From Candidatus Kuenenia sp. (GTDB lineage: Bacteria > Planctomycetota > Planctomycetia > Planctomycetales > Planctomycetaceae): a DNA stretch of 64,000 nt. Every line of letters begins with the position of its first letter. Position 1 is the first letter of the stretch. A program made the translations under genes and the position numbers. Below, one piece after another: positions 38,429-49,190 of the stretch. Below the pieces are notes generated by a model. That model ran no database searches, was not told the DNA's origin, and worked only from the letters and a program-made list of their open reading frames with translations. The DNA is taken from assembly GCA_043754375.1 (NCBI GenBank), contig JAYUVA010000164.1, positions 1,945 through 65,944 on the forward strand, in the 5' to 3' direction.

Positions 38429-41400
38429 ATGAGTCGGAAAGAAGCTTCAGCGGTGGGAGAATCACCATCGGGTTTTTCAATAAATCCTTCAATCATCCGC
38501 GACTTGTTTCGCCAGGATGTGACACGTGATATTCCGCCCGTGGTTTATTTCCATGAACAGAGTCCGGAGAAAGTTCAGGATGAAGTTTCGGAATACATCA
38601 TCACAGGCGGCTGGAACAAAGAGCACCCGAACTACAAACGCGTTCCGGATGGAATTCATGAGCAGTACGTCAGTCTGCTAAAGGCCATCACGAAGGAATT
38701 GGACAAGAACGGGGGACCGTCGCTGCCCACCGCGTGGATTTCCGGCTTCTATGGTTCTGGGAAATCCAGTTTCGCGAAGCTGCTTGGCCTTGCGCTCGAT
38801 GGCGTTGAATTGCCAAACGGGAAGTCACTGGCCGAGACGCTACTTGCGCGTGACATGTCGGATCGAGCCCAGGAATTCCGTGACGCATGGAAGAATCTCC
38901 GACAGAAAATCGCCGAACCATTTGCAGTTGTCTACGACATTGGCGGTTTCGCGAGGGACAATGAGCATATTCACTCAGCTTGCGTGCGCCAGGTACAGCG
39001 ACGACTTGGATACTGCGCTGACCGTTTGGTTGCTGACTTTGAATTGCGGCTTGAACAGTCCGGCGAGTGGCGACGATTTCTTGACGTCGCCCGAGAGATT
39101 GGTCATCCGTGGGAAGAAGAAAAGAATCAGCCGTTTGCGGACGAGGTGTTTTCCGAGATCCTGCACCACTTCGACAAGGACCGCTACATCGAACCGATGA
39201 GCTGGATTGACAGTCGTTCCGGCACTGTGATTGCTGACTCACCCGAAGAAGCTGTTGCTGCGATCCGCGAGATGATGCGATTTCGCAAACCGAACGGGAC
39301 GCTGTTTATCGTCGTGGACGAAGTTTCGCAGTACGTCCTGTCCAACGATCAGCGCGTGGACAAGCTGCGGTCGATGGCATCGGAACTAGGAAGCCAGTTA
39401 AAGGGAAAAGCGTGGCTGTTCGCGCTGGGCCAGCAAAAGATCGATGAAGAAGCGGGGGACGCGTTTCTCGTCTGGGCAAAGGATCGCTTTCCGTTGCAGC
39501 TTCGCGTTCATCTCGCAGCAACAAATATTCGCGATGTGGTGCACCGCAGACTCTTGCAGAAAACCAGAGAGGGTGAAGAAGTTCTTCGGAAGCTGTTCGA
39601 AAAGCACCGACCAGATCTGAAGCTCTTTGCTTTCGGATGCGAAGACGTATCCGCCGACGAATTTGTTGAAGTCTACCCGCTACTTCCAGGCCAGATCGAT
39701 CTTCTGCTCCAGATTACCAGTGCCATGCGGATTCGATCGGCGCGAGCGCAGGGTGATGACCAGGCGATCCGTGGGCTCTTGCAGTTGCTGGGTGAGCTGT
39801 TTCGGGACCAAAATCTTGCAGACTTGCCCGTCGGCACCCTGATTACGCTCGACTCGATCTATGAGATTCAAAAGACCGCCCTCGATTCCGATACCCAGGC
39901 CAGCATGGCCAGGATTCTTAGCGAGACTGCGAACAAAGGTCCCATGCTGCAACGCGCTGCGAAGGCGGTCGCGTTGCTTGAATTGATTCAGGAAACGCGT
40001 CCGACGGAAGCAAGGCTTGTCGCTCAATGCCTGTATGACTCCGTGCACCGTGGTAGTCAGGTCACTGAAGTGACTGACGCACTGGAATTGCTTCGCGGCG
40101 AAAACTTGCTGGCCTACTCGGAAAAGCTTGGTTATCGCATCCAATCCACTGCTGGTGAAGAGTGGGAACGTGACAAGCGAGAAATCCGGGCGTCGCGTGA
40201 AGCCATCAGCGAGATCGTGCGTGATGCAATCAAAATGGTGATGGAGAAACCAGACAAGCCAGCCTACAAGAAACGTCCATTTCCATGGGCGGCGGTGTTT
40301 TCAGACGGCAAGGGGATCACTGACGAAAAGATCCTCAGGCCGAAAGACGAAGCAGTGGTTTATGTCGACCTGCGGTTCATGCCTCAGGATGACCAGGCGG
40401 AATCGACGTGGATTGAACGAAGCAACGAAACCAGTTTGCGGGATCGCATTGTCTGGGTTTGTGGGGACACCACAGAACTGACTGATTCTGCCCGATCACT
40501 CGCAAAAGCACGCGGCATGGTCCGGAAATTTGGCGAACGTCGCAATTCACTCAGTGATCCCAAGAAACTTCTCTTACAGCAAGAGGAAGTCAAAATTGAA
40601 ACACTGGAAAGTGATATTCGAGGCACGGTCGAATCAGCATGGATGTCCGGCACGATTTACTTTCGCGGCAAGTCGTACAAACCAGACGATTTTGGTGCAA
40701 AGTTTTCCGTGGCAATTCTGAAAGCTGCCGAAAGAGTAATGCCGACGCTGTTCGAGCACTTCGACCCCGTCACGCTTCAGCCATCAGAACTGGAACAGCT
40801 CCTGTTGCCCGAGCTGACCGGACCTTCAACGAAATTCCTGAAGGACGAACTGGGAATCCTGGAGCTGGATTCCGGAAAATATCAGCCAACTTGCAGCGGT
40901 GTGATTCCCGTTCGTATTCGCGACTACATTGAATCAGAAGATGGCGTCAGCGGCGCAAGTCTGCTGACAAAATTTGCGGGACCTCCGTATGCCTATCAGC
41001 CTGAAGTGATCAAGGCGTGTGTCCTGGGATTACTCCGGGGAAGCAGGCTTAAAATCGAAGATGAAAGCGGCAATGAAATCACGGCGGTGCGTGACGCCGG
41101 TGTGCGTGAAGTCTTTGACAAGACAACCAGTTTCCGCCGGGCGCAGTTCATACCCGCCGGTGACGACGATATCGGCATTCGCGCACGCGCCAAAATCTGC
41201 AAGTTCTTTGACGAACAGTTGAGCGAACCGCTTGATCGAGAAGACAACGCGATCGCAGATGCCGTACAGAAGCATTTCCAAAACGTAGCAACGCGTCTGC
41301 GTGACGTCGTACGGAGTTTCGATCGACTGCCCGGCAAACGGGAGACGCTAAAGGAACTGGACAGACTGAACGGTGCGTTGGAGACTTGCCTTGCGAAAGT

Positions 41401-42100
41401 GCGACAAACAAAGCCGACGGTTCAGCGAGTTAAGAAACATCTGGACGATCTGATTGATGGTGTGAAGATGCTCAACCGGTTCGGCGCTGAGCTGACCGAA
41501 GAATCACTGGAGCTACTGCGTAAAGCGGAGAGTATCTGCCAGAACGAAGTCGCACAGCTGCGGGATGTCGATGCTCTCACAGGCGTGGAATTGGAAGCAG
41601 CCAAACGTATCTCCGACCAGCTGCAGTCTTCACGTCCGTGGGTTGACGCCGGAGCATTGCAACCGGATATGGACAAGATTCGTGAGGCCTATTCAGCCCA
41701 ACGCAAACGGCTATTGGAATGGCAGGAGCAGCAGGCTGAGCAGTCCCGTGGGCGAATTCGCATGCGGGATGGTTACAGCACGTTGTCAACTGAAAAGTCG
41801 CACAATGTGCTCAGGCCAATCAACGATGCAACCACGGATACAACGGTGGATGCGGTGGCCCCGGTTCTGCGTGATCTGAAGGATCGCTTTACTGTCGATT
41901 TGCAGGAAGCGGAAAAAGTCGCCAACAAGCTCCTTGATGATTATCTCAGTGGTGGCACAAATCCAATCATCGTGCCTGTGGATCTGTCTTTACAAAACCG
42001 AGAACTGAAAACCAAAGAAGATGTCGAAGCGCTGGTGGATGAGATTCGTGAACGTTTGCTGGAGCAGCTTCGCACTGGCCAGCGGATTCGACTGGTCTAA
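38429..42100 (+). CDS. brxC: BrxC/PglY P-loop ATPase (1223 aa)
   Basis: Walker A GFYGSGKSS at 38744-38767. Size and position between brxB and pglX fit. Confidence 0.88.
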   Translation: MSRKEASAVGESPSGFSINPSIIRDLFRQDVTRDIPPVVYFHEQSPEKVQDEVSEYIITGGWNKEHPNYKRVPDGIHEQYVSLLKAITKELDKNGGPSLPTAWISGFYGSGKSSFAKLLGLALDGVELPNGKSLAETLLARDMSDRAQEFRDAWKNLRQKIAEPFAVVYDIGGFARDNEHIHSACVRQVQRRLGYCADRLVADFELRLEQSGEWRRFLDVAREIGHPWEEEKNQPFADEVFSEILHHFDKDRYIEPMSWIDSRSGTVIADSPEEAVAAIREMMRFRKPNGTLFIVVDEVSQYVLSNDQRVDKLRSMASELGSQLKGKAWLFALGQQKIDEEAGDAFLVWAKDRFPLQLRVHLAATNIRDVVHRRLLQKTREGEEVLRKLFEKHRPDLKLFAFGCEDVSADEFVEVYPLLPGQIDLLLQITSAMRIRSARAQGDDQAIRGLLQLLGELFRDQNLADLPVGTLITLDSIYEIQKTALDSDTQASMARILSETANKGPMLQRAAKAVALLELIQETRPTEARLVAQCLYDSVHRGSQVTEVTDALELLRGENLLAYSEKLGYRIQSTAGEEWERDKREIRASREAISEIVRDAIKMVMEKPDKPAYKKRPFPWAAVFSDGKGITDEKILRPKDEAVVYVDLRFMPQDDQAESTWIERSNETSLRDRIVWVCGDTTELTDSARSLAKARGMVRKFGERRNSLSDPKKLLLQQEEVKIETLESDIRGTVESAWMSGTIYFRGKSYKPDDFGAKFSVAILKAAERVMPTLFEHFDPVTLQPSELEQLLLPELTGPSTKFLKDELGILELDSGKYQPTCSGVIPVRIRDYIESEDGVSGASLLTKFAGPPYAYQPEVIKACVLGLLRGSRLKIEDESGNEITAVRDAGVREVFDKTTSFRRAQFIPAGDDDIGIRARAKICKFFDEQLSEPLDREDNAIADAVQKHFQNVATRLRDVVRSFDRLPGKRETLKELDRLNGALETCLAKVRQTKPTVQRVKKHLDDLIDGVKMLNRFGAELTEESLELLRKAESICQNEVAQLRDVDALTGVELEAAKRISDQLQSSRPWVDAGALQPDMDKIREAYSAQRKRLLEWQEQQAEQSRGRIRMRDGYSTLSTEKSHNVLRPINDATTDTTVDAVAPVLRDLKDRFTVDLQEAEKVANKLLDDYLSGGTNPIIVPVDLSLQNRELKTKEDVEALVDEIRERLLEQLRTGQRIRLV

Positions 42101-42112
42101 GGAGTCGATCCG

Positions 42113-45100
42113 ATGACAATGACTTCCGAAGCCAAGGGCAAACTGTCGAAGACCATTCGCGCCTTGCGAGAACGGTTACTTACGAACCTGAGTGAAGCAA
42201 CCGATCGAGAGTACAAACTCAGCATTCGTACGCCAAAACTGGATTCGGCGAAAACGGCCAGGCGAAAGCGACTGGAAGACTGGCTGGCAGAACAGGCCCG
42301 CGCGGAAACCGGCAAGCAAAAACGCACGCGGGACGACTTCCGGCGCGAAGCCGAGCAGCAGGCGGCTTACACCCTGCTGAACAGGCTTGTCATTCTTCGG
42401 GTCATGGAAGCCACTGGACTCCGGAAACCGAAGGTTGTCACCGGCGGCTGGAACAGTCAGGGATACAAGGATTTTCGCGAGCTGGCTCCGGCCCTGGTTC
42501 GTGACGACGAAAGCGAAGGCTACTCGTTTCTGCTGCAACTGATTTTCGAGGATCTGGCTACTGACCTGCCCGGTCTATATGGCTCCGTCGGGGTCGCCGA
42601 CCTGATTCCCGTACCATCAGCAACGATTCGAGCTGTTGTGGAAGCGTTTGACGATTCGGAATTGGAGTCCTGCTGGACCGATGACATGACGCTCGGCTGG
42701 GTCTACCAGTATTGGAATGATCCTCAGCGCGAAGCTCTGGACAAGAAGATCAACGAGGGCGGCAAGATTGAGCCACATGAGATCGCCAGCAAGACCCAGA
42801 TGTTTACCGAGCGGTACATGGTCGACTGGTTGCTGCAGAACAGTCTCGGGCCGATGTGGCTGGCCATGTGCAGGAAGCATGGCTGGACGCCGGAAGTGGA
42901 AGCCGATGGCACGCTGCAACGATTGGAAGATCGGCGGGTCGCCTGGCGAGCGAAACGAGACGCGGGCGAGGTCGAGCTGACCGACCTGATGCCGCTGGAG
43001 ACCAATGCCGAAAAACGCTGGGCCTATTATGTACCGCAGCCCATCCCGGATGATGCGGTGGAGCATGCGCCGGACAGTGTGCGCGATCTGAAGATTCTTG
43101 ATCCCGCTGTCGGCTCTGGTCACTTCCTTGTCGTCGCGTTCGATCTGCTGGTTGCACTCTATAAGGAAGAAGCCCGCCACCGTGCAGCCGCGCCCCTTCT
43201 CCGCGACGGGGGAGAAGGGGCCCAAAGGTCGGATGAAGGAGCAGCAACAGATGACAAATGGTCCGATGTCGCGATCGTCGAACGGATTCTCGAACACAAT
43301 CTGCACGGCATTGACCTGGATTCCAGGGCTGTCCAGATCGCGGCCGCAGCACTGTGGCTGAAGTCGCAGCAAACGTGTCCTGCGGCCCATCCGAGGCAGC
43401 TCAATTTGGTGGCTTCGAATCTTGGCATCGCAAGTCTGCCGGACAATGACCCGGCACTTGTCGAGCTGCGTGCAGCAGTGGAAAATGAGACGGGAATCCC
43501 GGCAAAGCTGACGAATCAGATTGTCGAAGCATTGCGAGGTGCCGACCATCTGGGAAGTCTGCTGAAGGTCGATGCGGCCATCGAGACAGCGATCTCGCAG
43601 TATGAGGAGCAAATCGGGTGGAAGAAGAAAGTTCGCCAGATTGACATGTTTCCGGACGGTACGATGGAATCAAAACCACGACCGATTTCGCGAGATTGGG
43701 CACAGAGCAGCTTGCTGGCAGCCTTAGAGTTGTTCTTAAGTCGACATACCAGCGCTCAGGAACTCGGTCTCCGGCTGAGAGGTGAACAACTCGCGGCCGG
43801 CGTACGGTTCGTTCGCATCGCAAAAGAAGGGACTTACAACCTCGTAGTTGGAAATCCACCGTACCAAGGCACAACAAAATTATCGAACTCTCAATACATC
43901 GAGAACAACTATGTTCGAGGTAAAGCGGACTTATATGCGGCATTCTTAATCAGGTCGCTGGAGCTTACCTGCGCTTCAGGTACTTCGGCGCTTTTAACTA
44001 TGCGGAATTGGATGTTTATACAGCAGTACTACTCTTTGCGAAGCTGGTTACTAAGAGAGTATGATTTTCGAGCTATTGGAGATTTTGCCATTGGTGCTTT
44101 TGACGAAGTCGCCAACGACCTTCTTTCGGTCACAGTGGCTGTATTCCGGAAGTCAACGCCGAGCGGTGTGCCGTGTGCCGCTCAACAGCCTACTCCGCCT
44201 TCTGATCGCTCTTATGACCGTCAGCGCACAATTCGTAAGCGTGCAGCTACACTTGCAGGTGTCGGTAGGATGTGCTTTAGCGTTGGGCAAATGCAACTGC
44301 TGCCGGACAACGCCATTGTGTACTGGTGGAGTGATGATAAGGTTGCAGATTTCACAAAGTACCCTCTACTTGGATCAGAATCGTCTGTGCATCAGGGATT
44401 GGCAACTTCAGACAATTCGCGGCACTTATTTCGGCCTTGGGAGATGCACTGGTCCAGTATTGCCACAGAATCAACTTCCGACTGGGCAAATTACGGATGG
44501 GCACCGCACATCAAGGGGGCTGACGGAAAAGTGTGGTTCGAGCCTTTGGATATCATCATCAGATGGAAGAACTGGGGCCTTCAACTGCGGGCGTTTCACG
44601 AGTATCGCCATGGCAGTCACACTAAACGAATGCCGAATGAAGATACGTACTTGCGGCACCTGGGAGTTGCATTCAGTACCATTGGGAGTGATTTTACCGC
44701 AAGATGTTACAAATACTTCAGTGTTTACGATGCTGCAGGGTGTACGGTCTTCACATCAGATCGTTTTACGACTTGTTGTCTGCTAAACTCTGCTTACGCG
44801 AGAGATATCGTAGGTGGATTGAATCCTAGCATGTCGTTTACAAATGCAGATGTTGAGAGGGTGCCACTGAGGGCAATCGAAGGCACTCATGCTGTATTTC
44901 GAATTCTAGACCACGCGTTCACGATCCACGAGTCTTGCCGTGAACCTTCGGTTGAGTTTAGGCAACCGAGATCATCACCGTGGGGGCATGCTCAGGAATG
45001 GGCGCAATTGGCCGTTGATCGCATCGAGGGTGAACCGCTGCCCGAATATGTCGAACAACTCGACCCCGAGCCGCCGACCGATCATCTCAGCTTCGCCGTC

Positions 45101-46480
45101 GGCGTCGCCCTCGGCCGCTTCGACGCCAACGGCGAAGGGATTGTCGATCCGACTCAAGATGATCTGTCTCAGACATTGCCCCACGGCATCCTGTTCCTCG
45201 ATGGTTCCCTCGGCGACGAGGACCTCCGTGATTCTCTGGGACACGATGCCACTCAGATCGTTCACGACAACTGGACCGAATACGGTTCCCAGATAGACAC
45301 GCGAAGATCGCTTCGCGGCTGGCTCCGGGAGAAATTCTTTAGCGACGTCCACCGGCAGATGTATGAGAATCGCCCGATCCACTGGCCGCTATCGTCAGCA
45401 AAGAAGACGTTCATCGCCTGGTTGACGATCCATCGCTGGACCGACCAGACGCTGAGAGTCCTGCTGGCCGATCATCTTGAACCGGCCCTCAAACGTCTTG
45501 ACGGTGAAATCGCCGACCTGACGGCCGCTCGCGGAACGGGCGACAAGAAGCAGGCTCGCGCCGCGGAACAACGCTTCGATGACGTCAAAGCGTGGCGAGA
45601 CGAACTGGTCGAGTTCATTGCCAATATCCAGCAATGTGCCGAACGCGGCCCGGCTCCTGCTGACCCGAAGAAACCGGAACGCGAAGTCGATGCTCGGTAC
45701 GTACCCGATCTGGATGATGGAGTGATGGTCAACAGCTCCGCCCTCTGGCCGCTGCTCGACCCACAGTGGAAAGATCCCAAGAAGTGGTGGAAAGAACTGG
45801 TCGCCGCCAAAGGCAAGAAAGACTACGACTGGTCCCACCTCGCGATGCGCTACTGGCCGACTCGTGTCGATCAGAAGTGCCAGACTGATCCCTCGCTCGG
45901 CGTCGCACACGGCTGTTTCTGGAAATACCACCCGGCCCGCGCTTGGGCCTGGGAACTTCGACTGCAAGACGAGATCGGTCCCGACTTCCTGATTAAAGAA
46001 GCGGCATACACTCCAGGCATTTACACCCGTCCCGAGAATTCTGAAAACCGAAAACCGAAAACCAAAAACTCCAAGTCCAATAGAGCGGACATCGATCTGC
46101 GATGCGAATTCATCGACTCGGCGCCGGCAGAAGCTCTTGTAGCCGTGGAAAAGGAAGTCCTCCGCCGTCGACGGAAACAAAAACAACCGCAGACCGAACT
46201 TCGGGTTCTGGAATCGGGTCTGTGGACTTCATCCCCTGACGACTGCTGGCAAATGGAAATTCGACTCATCGAGAAGCAGCAAGCTGACTTCCGGTTATTA
46301 TCCCCCGAAGAACCGAATGCCCGTGCGAGATTCGAAGAGTCTCACCCCGACCTCGTTGAATTCCGGCAAGCACTCCTGTTTCGTCTGAACCCGCCAGATT
46401 TGTACGCCGACGAGGAGGAAGAAGAAGGTTTGGCTGTTGCTGAGAGCGAAGACACCGAGTCAGAGGAGTTGGAGGACTGA
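42113..46480 (+). CDS. pglX: PglX N6-adenine DNA methyltransferase (1455 aa)
   Basis: SAM-binding motif I DPAVGSGH at 43100-43123. Catalytic motif IV NPPY at 43853-43864. An AAGGAG Shine-Dalgarno is present. The C-terminal tail is acidic. Confidence 0.92.
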   Translation: MTMTSEAKGKLSKTIRALRERLLTNLSEATDREYKLSIRTPKLDSAKTARRKRLEDWLAEQARAETGKQKRTRDDFRREAEQQAAYTLLNRLVILRVMEATGLRKPKVVTGGWNSQGYKDFRELAPALVRDDESEGYSFLLQLIFEDLATDLPGLYGSVGVADLIPVPSATIRAVVEAFDDSELESCWTDDMTLGWVYQYWNDPQREALDKKINEGGKIEPHEIASKTQMFTERYMVDWLLQNSLGPMWLAMCRKHGWTPEVEADGTLQRLEDRRVAWRAKRDAGEVELTDLMPLETNAEKRWAYYVPQPIPDDAVEHAPDSVRDLKILDPAVGSGHFLVVAFDLLVALYKEEARHRAAAPLLRDGGEGAQRSDEGAATDDKWSDVAIVERILEHNLHGIDLDSRAVQIAAAALWLKSQQTCPAAHPRQLNLVASNLGIASLPDNDPALVELRAAVENETGIPAKLTNQIVEALRGADHLGSLLKVDAAIETAISQYEEQIGWKKKVRQIDMFPDGTMESKPRPISRDWAQSSLLAALELFLSRHTSAQELGLRLRGEQLAAGVRFVRIAKEGTYNLVVGNPPYQGTTKLSNSQYIENNYVRGKADLYAAFLIRSLELTCASGTSALLTMRNWMFIQQYYSLRSWLLREYDFRAIGDFAIGAFDEVANDLLSVTVAVFRKSTPSGVPCAAQQPTPPSDRSYDRQRTIRKRAATLAGVGRMCFSVGQMQLLPDNAIVYWWSDDKVADFTKYPLLGSESSVHQGLATSDNSRHLFRPWEMHWSSIATESTSDWANYGWAPHIKGADGKVWFEPLDIIIRWKNWGLQLRAFHEYRHGSHTKRMPNEDTYLRHLGVAFSTIGSDFTARCYKYFSVYDAAGCTVFTSDRFTTCCLLNSAYARDIVGGLNPSMSFTNADVERVPLRAIEGTHAVFRILDHAFTIHESCREPSVEFRQPRSSPWGHAQEWAQLAVDRIEGEPLPEYVEQLDPEPPTDHLSFAVGVALGRFDANGEGIVDPTQDDLSQTLPHGILFLDGSLGDEDLRDSLGHDATQIVHDNWTEYGSQIDTRRSLRGWLREKFFSDVHRQMYENRPIHWPLSSAKKTFIAWLTIHRWTDQTLRVLLADHLEPALKRLDGEIADLTAARGTGDKKQARAAEQRFDDVKAWRDELVEFIANIQQCAERGPAPADPKKPEREVDARYVPDLDDGVMVNSSALWPLLDPQWKDPKKWWKELVAAKGKKDYDWSHLAMRYWPTRVDQKCQTDPSLGVAHGCFWKYHPARAWAWELRLQDEIGPDFLIKEAAYTPGIYTRPENSENRKPKTKNSKSNRADIDLRCEFIDSAPAEALVAVEKEVLRRRRKQKQPQTELRVLESGLWTSSPDDCWQMEIRLIEKQQADFRLLSPEEPNARARFEESHPDLVEFRQALLFRLNPPDLYADEEEEEGLAVAESEDTESEELED
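46043..46070 (+). repeat. Heptanucleotide tandem repeat (GAAAACC)x3 plus one degenerate copy inside pglX
   Basis: gaaaacc gaaaacc gaaaacc aaaaact, read directly. The unit length is not a multiple of 3. Confidence 0.8.
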
Positions 46481-46553
46481 TTTCAGTATGATGGCGTTGG
46501 CCGCGAGAGTCAGACGTCCGTACTAGTGCGGCATCGGAAAAACGAGAGATCCT

Positions 46554-49190
46554 ATGGCTGAAGAAATCGAAAACATGTTTCCACGGGGAGCTGAATGGGT
46601 TCGTGCGGATTTTCATTTGCACACACTCAAAGAGCCCGGTGCGTCTCGCCAAAAGTTACGTGCTGAGTTTAAGGACAAGGAAAACAGTTTTGTCAAAGCG
46701 TGGATCGATCAATTGGTGAATGCGACGGTTCGCGTTGCTGTCGTCACCAACCACAATCACTTCGACGTGGGAGAATTCAAAGCTCTGCGAAAGGCTGCCA
46801 GAAAAGAGGGAATTCTCGTCCTGCCGGGATTGGAATTGGGAATCAACGGTGGAAAAAACGGCATTCACGCATTGATCGTTTTCTCGCCAGACTGGATTGA
46901 TGACCCAGCGGCAAATGATGGGATTGATCGATTCTTGAAGTCGCAGTTTACGACTTCACCTGATGAAGGTTCACGCACGAATGACGACATTGCCGGATGC
47001 CTTGAGCGGCTGGACAGCTACAACAAAGACTATTTTGTTGTTTTTGCTCACGTTCAGTCAGACAACGGTTTGATCAATGAACTGAATTGGGGCACTCTGA
47101 AGGAAACGATTGAACGGTGTAATGACCGCTGGAATCGCGTGCTCGGCTTGCAGAAGGTGACCAATCCGGAAGTTCTTCAAAAGCATTGGCCTGTAGGACT
47201 GCCAGCATTTGTGGAAGGTTCTGATCCTCGAGACAGTATTACAGAAATCAGTCAGGCCGAGCGTGCGTGTTGGATCAAGATCGGAGATCTCAGTTTCGAG
47301 GCGGTACGGTTTGCTTTGATGGATCACAATCAGCGAGTCCGGCTAACTCCTCCAGAGATGCGGTCCGGTCCCGCACTGCACAGCGTCCGATTTGAAGGCG
47401 GCCTGCTGGACGGCCAGGAGTACGGTCTGTCCGAACAATTGACCACATTGATCGGCTCCCGTGGTAGCGGAAAGTCCAGCGTGATCGAATGTCTGAGATA
47501 CGCTCTGGGGCAAGACCCATCAGATGATGACGCGAAGTATAAGAATGGCCTGGTGAAGGCAATGCTGGCTAACGGTGCAGACGTCATCGTTACAGGCCGC
47601 AATGAACACAATCAACTGGTAGAGATTCGGCGACCTTTGGGCTTTGACCCCAAAGTCTACCTCGAAGGTGCTGAAACACGACTTCGCCCGACGGATGTGT
47701 TGCCGGGGTTGTTGTACTTTGGGCAGAAGGATCTTGGGACTCGTCGTGAATCGTTCGAAGCGGAGTTCTTTTCACAACTCACCGGGGCTCGAACGGCACA
47801 GGATCGCGAGCAGGAGTCAAAGCTTGAACAAAAAGTCATTCAGGCCGTAGCAGACTTTCAGGCTGTCCAGAAGGCAAGAGGACTCGATGACGAATACGCT
47901 CAGGAACAGGAACGTCTAAAGCATCAACTTGCAATTTACGCGGACAAGGGCGTCGAAGAGAGACTTTCATCTCTGACGGTTTTTGATGCAGATCGTCGAT
48001 CCGTCAAAGAACGACTGGATCAACTACATGTATTTTCGCAACAGTTTCGTAGAGAAGACGCCGCGTGGCGCGAGATCATGTCAGACTGGCCGGAACTGAA
48101 GAGTCCGTCGCTGAAAGATGCGTCCGATCGCCTCAAGGCCGCGTTCGATACCCTGCAAGGCCTGAAAGCAAAATTTGACCAAACGGTTGAAGGTTTGAGT
48201 GCACTTTCGAAGGAATTTGAAAGCATTCTCGCGAGCGTCAAGGAAACGGAACGCGGTCTTCAGGAAGGCTTTGCCCAGCTTCAGCGTGAAATCAATGAGC
48301 CGGGTTTGAATCTTGATGAGTACCGAAAGAAAAAGTCGCGTCACAGTCAATTGGTCAAATTGCAAGAGGCCGCCGCAAACAGAATTCAGGCAGAGCAAAC
48401 ATCCCTTTCCAAGGTCCTTTCGGCGGGCGAAGAACTTTATCGCTTCCGCCGGGAGCTGCACCGCAGGGAAGAAGCAGGACTGTTGGCTTATGCAAAGTCG
48501 ATCCCTGACTCGATTAAACTGAGTACCCGATTCGAGGATGATCGTGAGGCATTTGGGCAATTCCTGTCTGATCAACTGAAAGGGCAGGGGTTTCGAGCAA
48601 CCACTCGACAACTTGTCGTGGAGAAGTTCAGGAATGGCCTGGCCATTTTCGAGAAGCGAGATCGTCTTGAAGAAGACCTTGGAGCAAACGCTGACGTGGG
48701 TAAGTTGCGAACGGCGCTCTTCGCAAACCTCCAGGCATTTCTCACATACCGTGTCCCGGATCGTCGCGAGATCACTTTCAATGGCACGCCAGTGGCTCAA
48801 CTTTCACTCGGTCAGCGTGCTACCGCGATTCTATCGCTGCTGACGTCGCTGGATCGGCATCCGATCATGTTGTTGGACCAGCCGGAAGACGACTTAGACA
48901 ACGAAACGATCTTTCGCAACGTTGTCGAGCCGTTGAGAGATCGCAAAAAACGCTGTCAGTTCATCATCGCGACCCACAATGCGAACATTCCTGTTCTGGG
49001 TGATGCCGAACAGATCCACGCATGCCGGGAAATTCAAAAAGGCCAATACGCTCATCAATCCGGCAGCCTTGACTGTCCGGCTACAAGTAAAACCATCGTC
49101 GACATAATGGAAGGTGGTGCCGAAGCATTCCTCCGGCGCCAAAAGGTACTGCAGCAATGGACGAAATCAGTCTCCGACAGGAAATCCTGA
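46554..49190 (+). CDS. PHP-domain + Rad50/SMC-like ABC ATPase fusion (878 aa)
   Basis: N-terminal PHP-type motifs DFHLHT (HLHT at 46614-46625), VVTNHNHF and PGLELG. Walker A GSRGSGKSS at 47454-47480. A long charged, coiled-coil-like middle region. Signature-like LSLGQRA, Walker B IMLLDQPEDDLD (~48866-48899) and H-loop-like IIATHNANI. Confidence 0.85.
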   Translation: MAEEIENMFPRGAEWVRADFHLHTLKEPGASRQKLRAEFKDKENSFVKAWIDQLVNATVRVAVVTNHNHFDVGEFKALRKAARKEGILVLPGLELGINGGKNGIHALIVFSPDWIDDPAANDGIDRFLKSQFTTSPDEGSRTNDDIAGCLERLDSYNKDYFVVFAHVQSDNGLINELNWGTLKETIERCNDRWNRVLGLQKVTNPEVLQKHWPVGLPAFVEGSDPRDSITEISQAERACWIKIGDLSFEAVRFALMDHNQRVRLTPPEMRSGPALHSVRFEGGLLDGQEYGLSEQLTTLIGSRGSGKSSVIECLRYALGQDPSDDDAKYKNGLVKAMLANGADVIVTGRNEHNQLVEIRRPLGFDPKVYLEGAETRLRPTDVLPGLLYFGQKDLGTRRESFEAEFFSQLTGARTAQDREQESKLEQKVIQAVADFQAVQKARGLDDEYAQEQERLKHQLAIYADKGVEERLSSLTVFDADRRSVKERLDQLHVFSQQFRREDAAWREIMSDWPELKSPSLKDASDRLKAAFDTLQGLKAKFDQTVEGLSALSKEFESILASVKETERGLQEGFAQLQREINEPGLNLDEYRKKKSRHSQLVKLQEAAANRIQAEQTSLSKVLSAGEELYRFRRELHRREEAGLLAYAKSIPDSIKLSTRFEDDREAFGQFLSDQLKGQGFRATTRQLVVEKFRNGLAIFEKRDRLEEDLGANADVGKLRTALFANLQAFLTYRVPDRREITFNGTPVAQLSLGQRATAILSLLTSLDRHPIMLLDQPEDDLDNETIFRNVVEPLRDRKKRCQFIIATHNANIPVLGDAEQIHACREIQKGQYAHQSGSLDCPATSKTIVDIMEGGAEAFLRRQKVLQQWTKSVSDRKS

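Noticed and set aside
42617-46186. Long minus-strand ORFs inside pglX (42617-43612, 42804-43352, 45395-46186)
   Set aside because: They overlap a gene with clear methyltransferase motifs in frame and have no motifs of their own.
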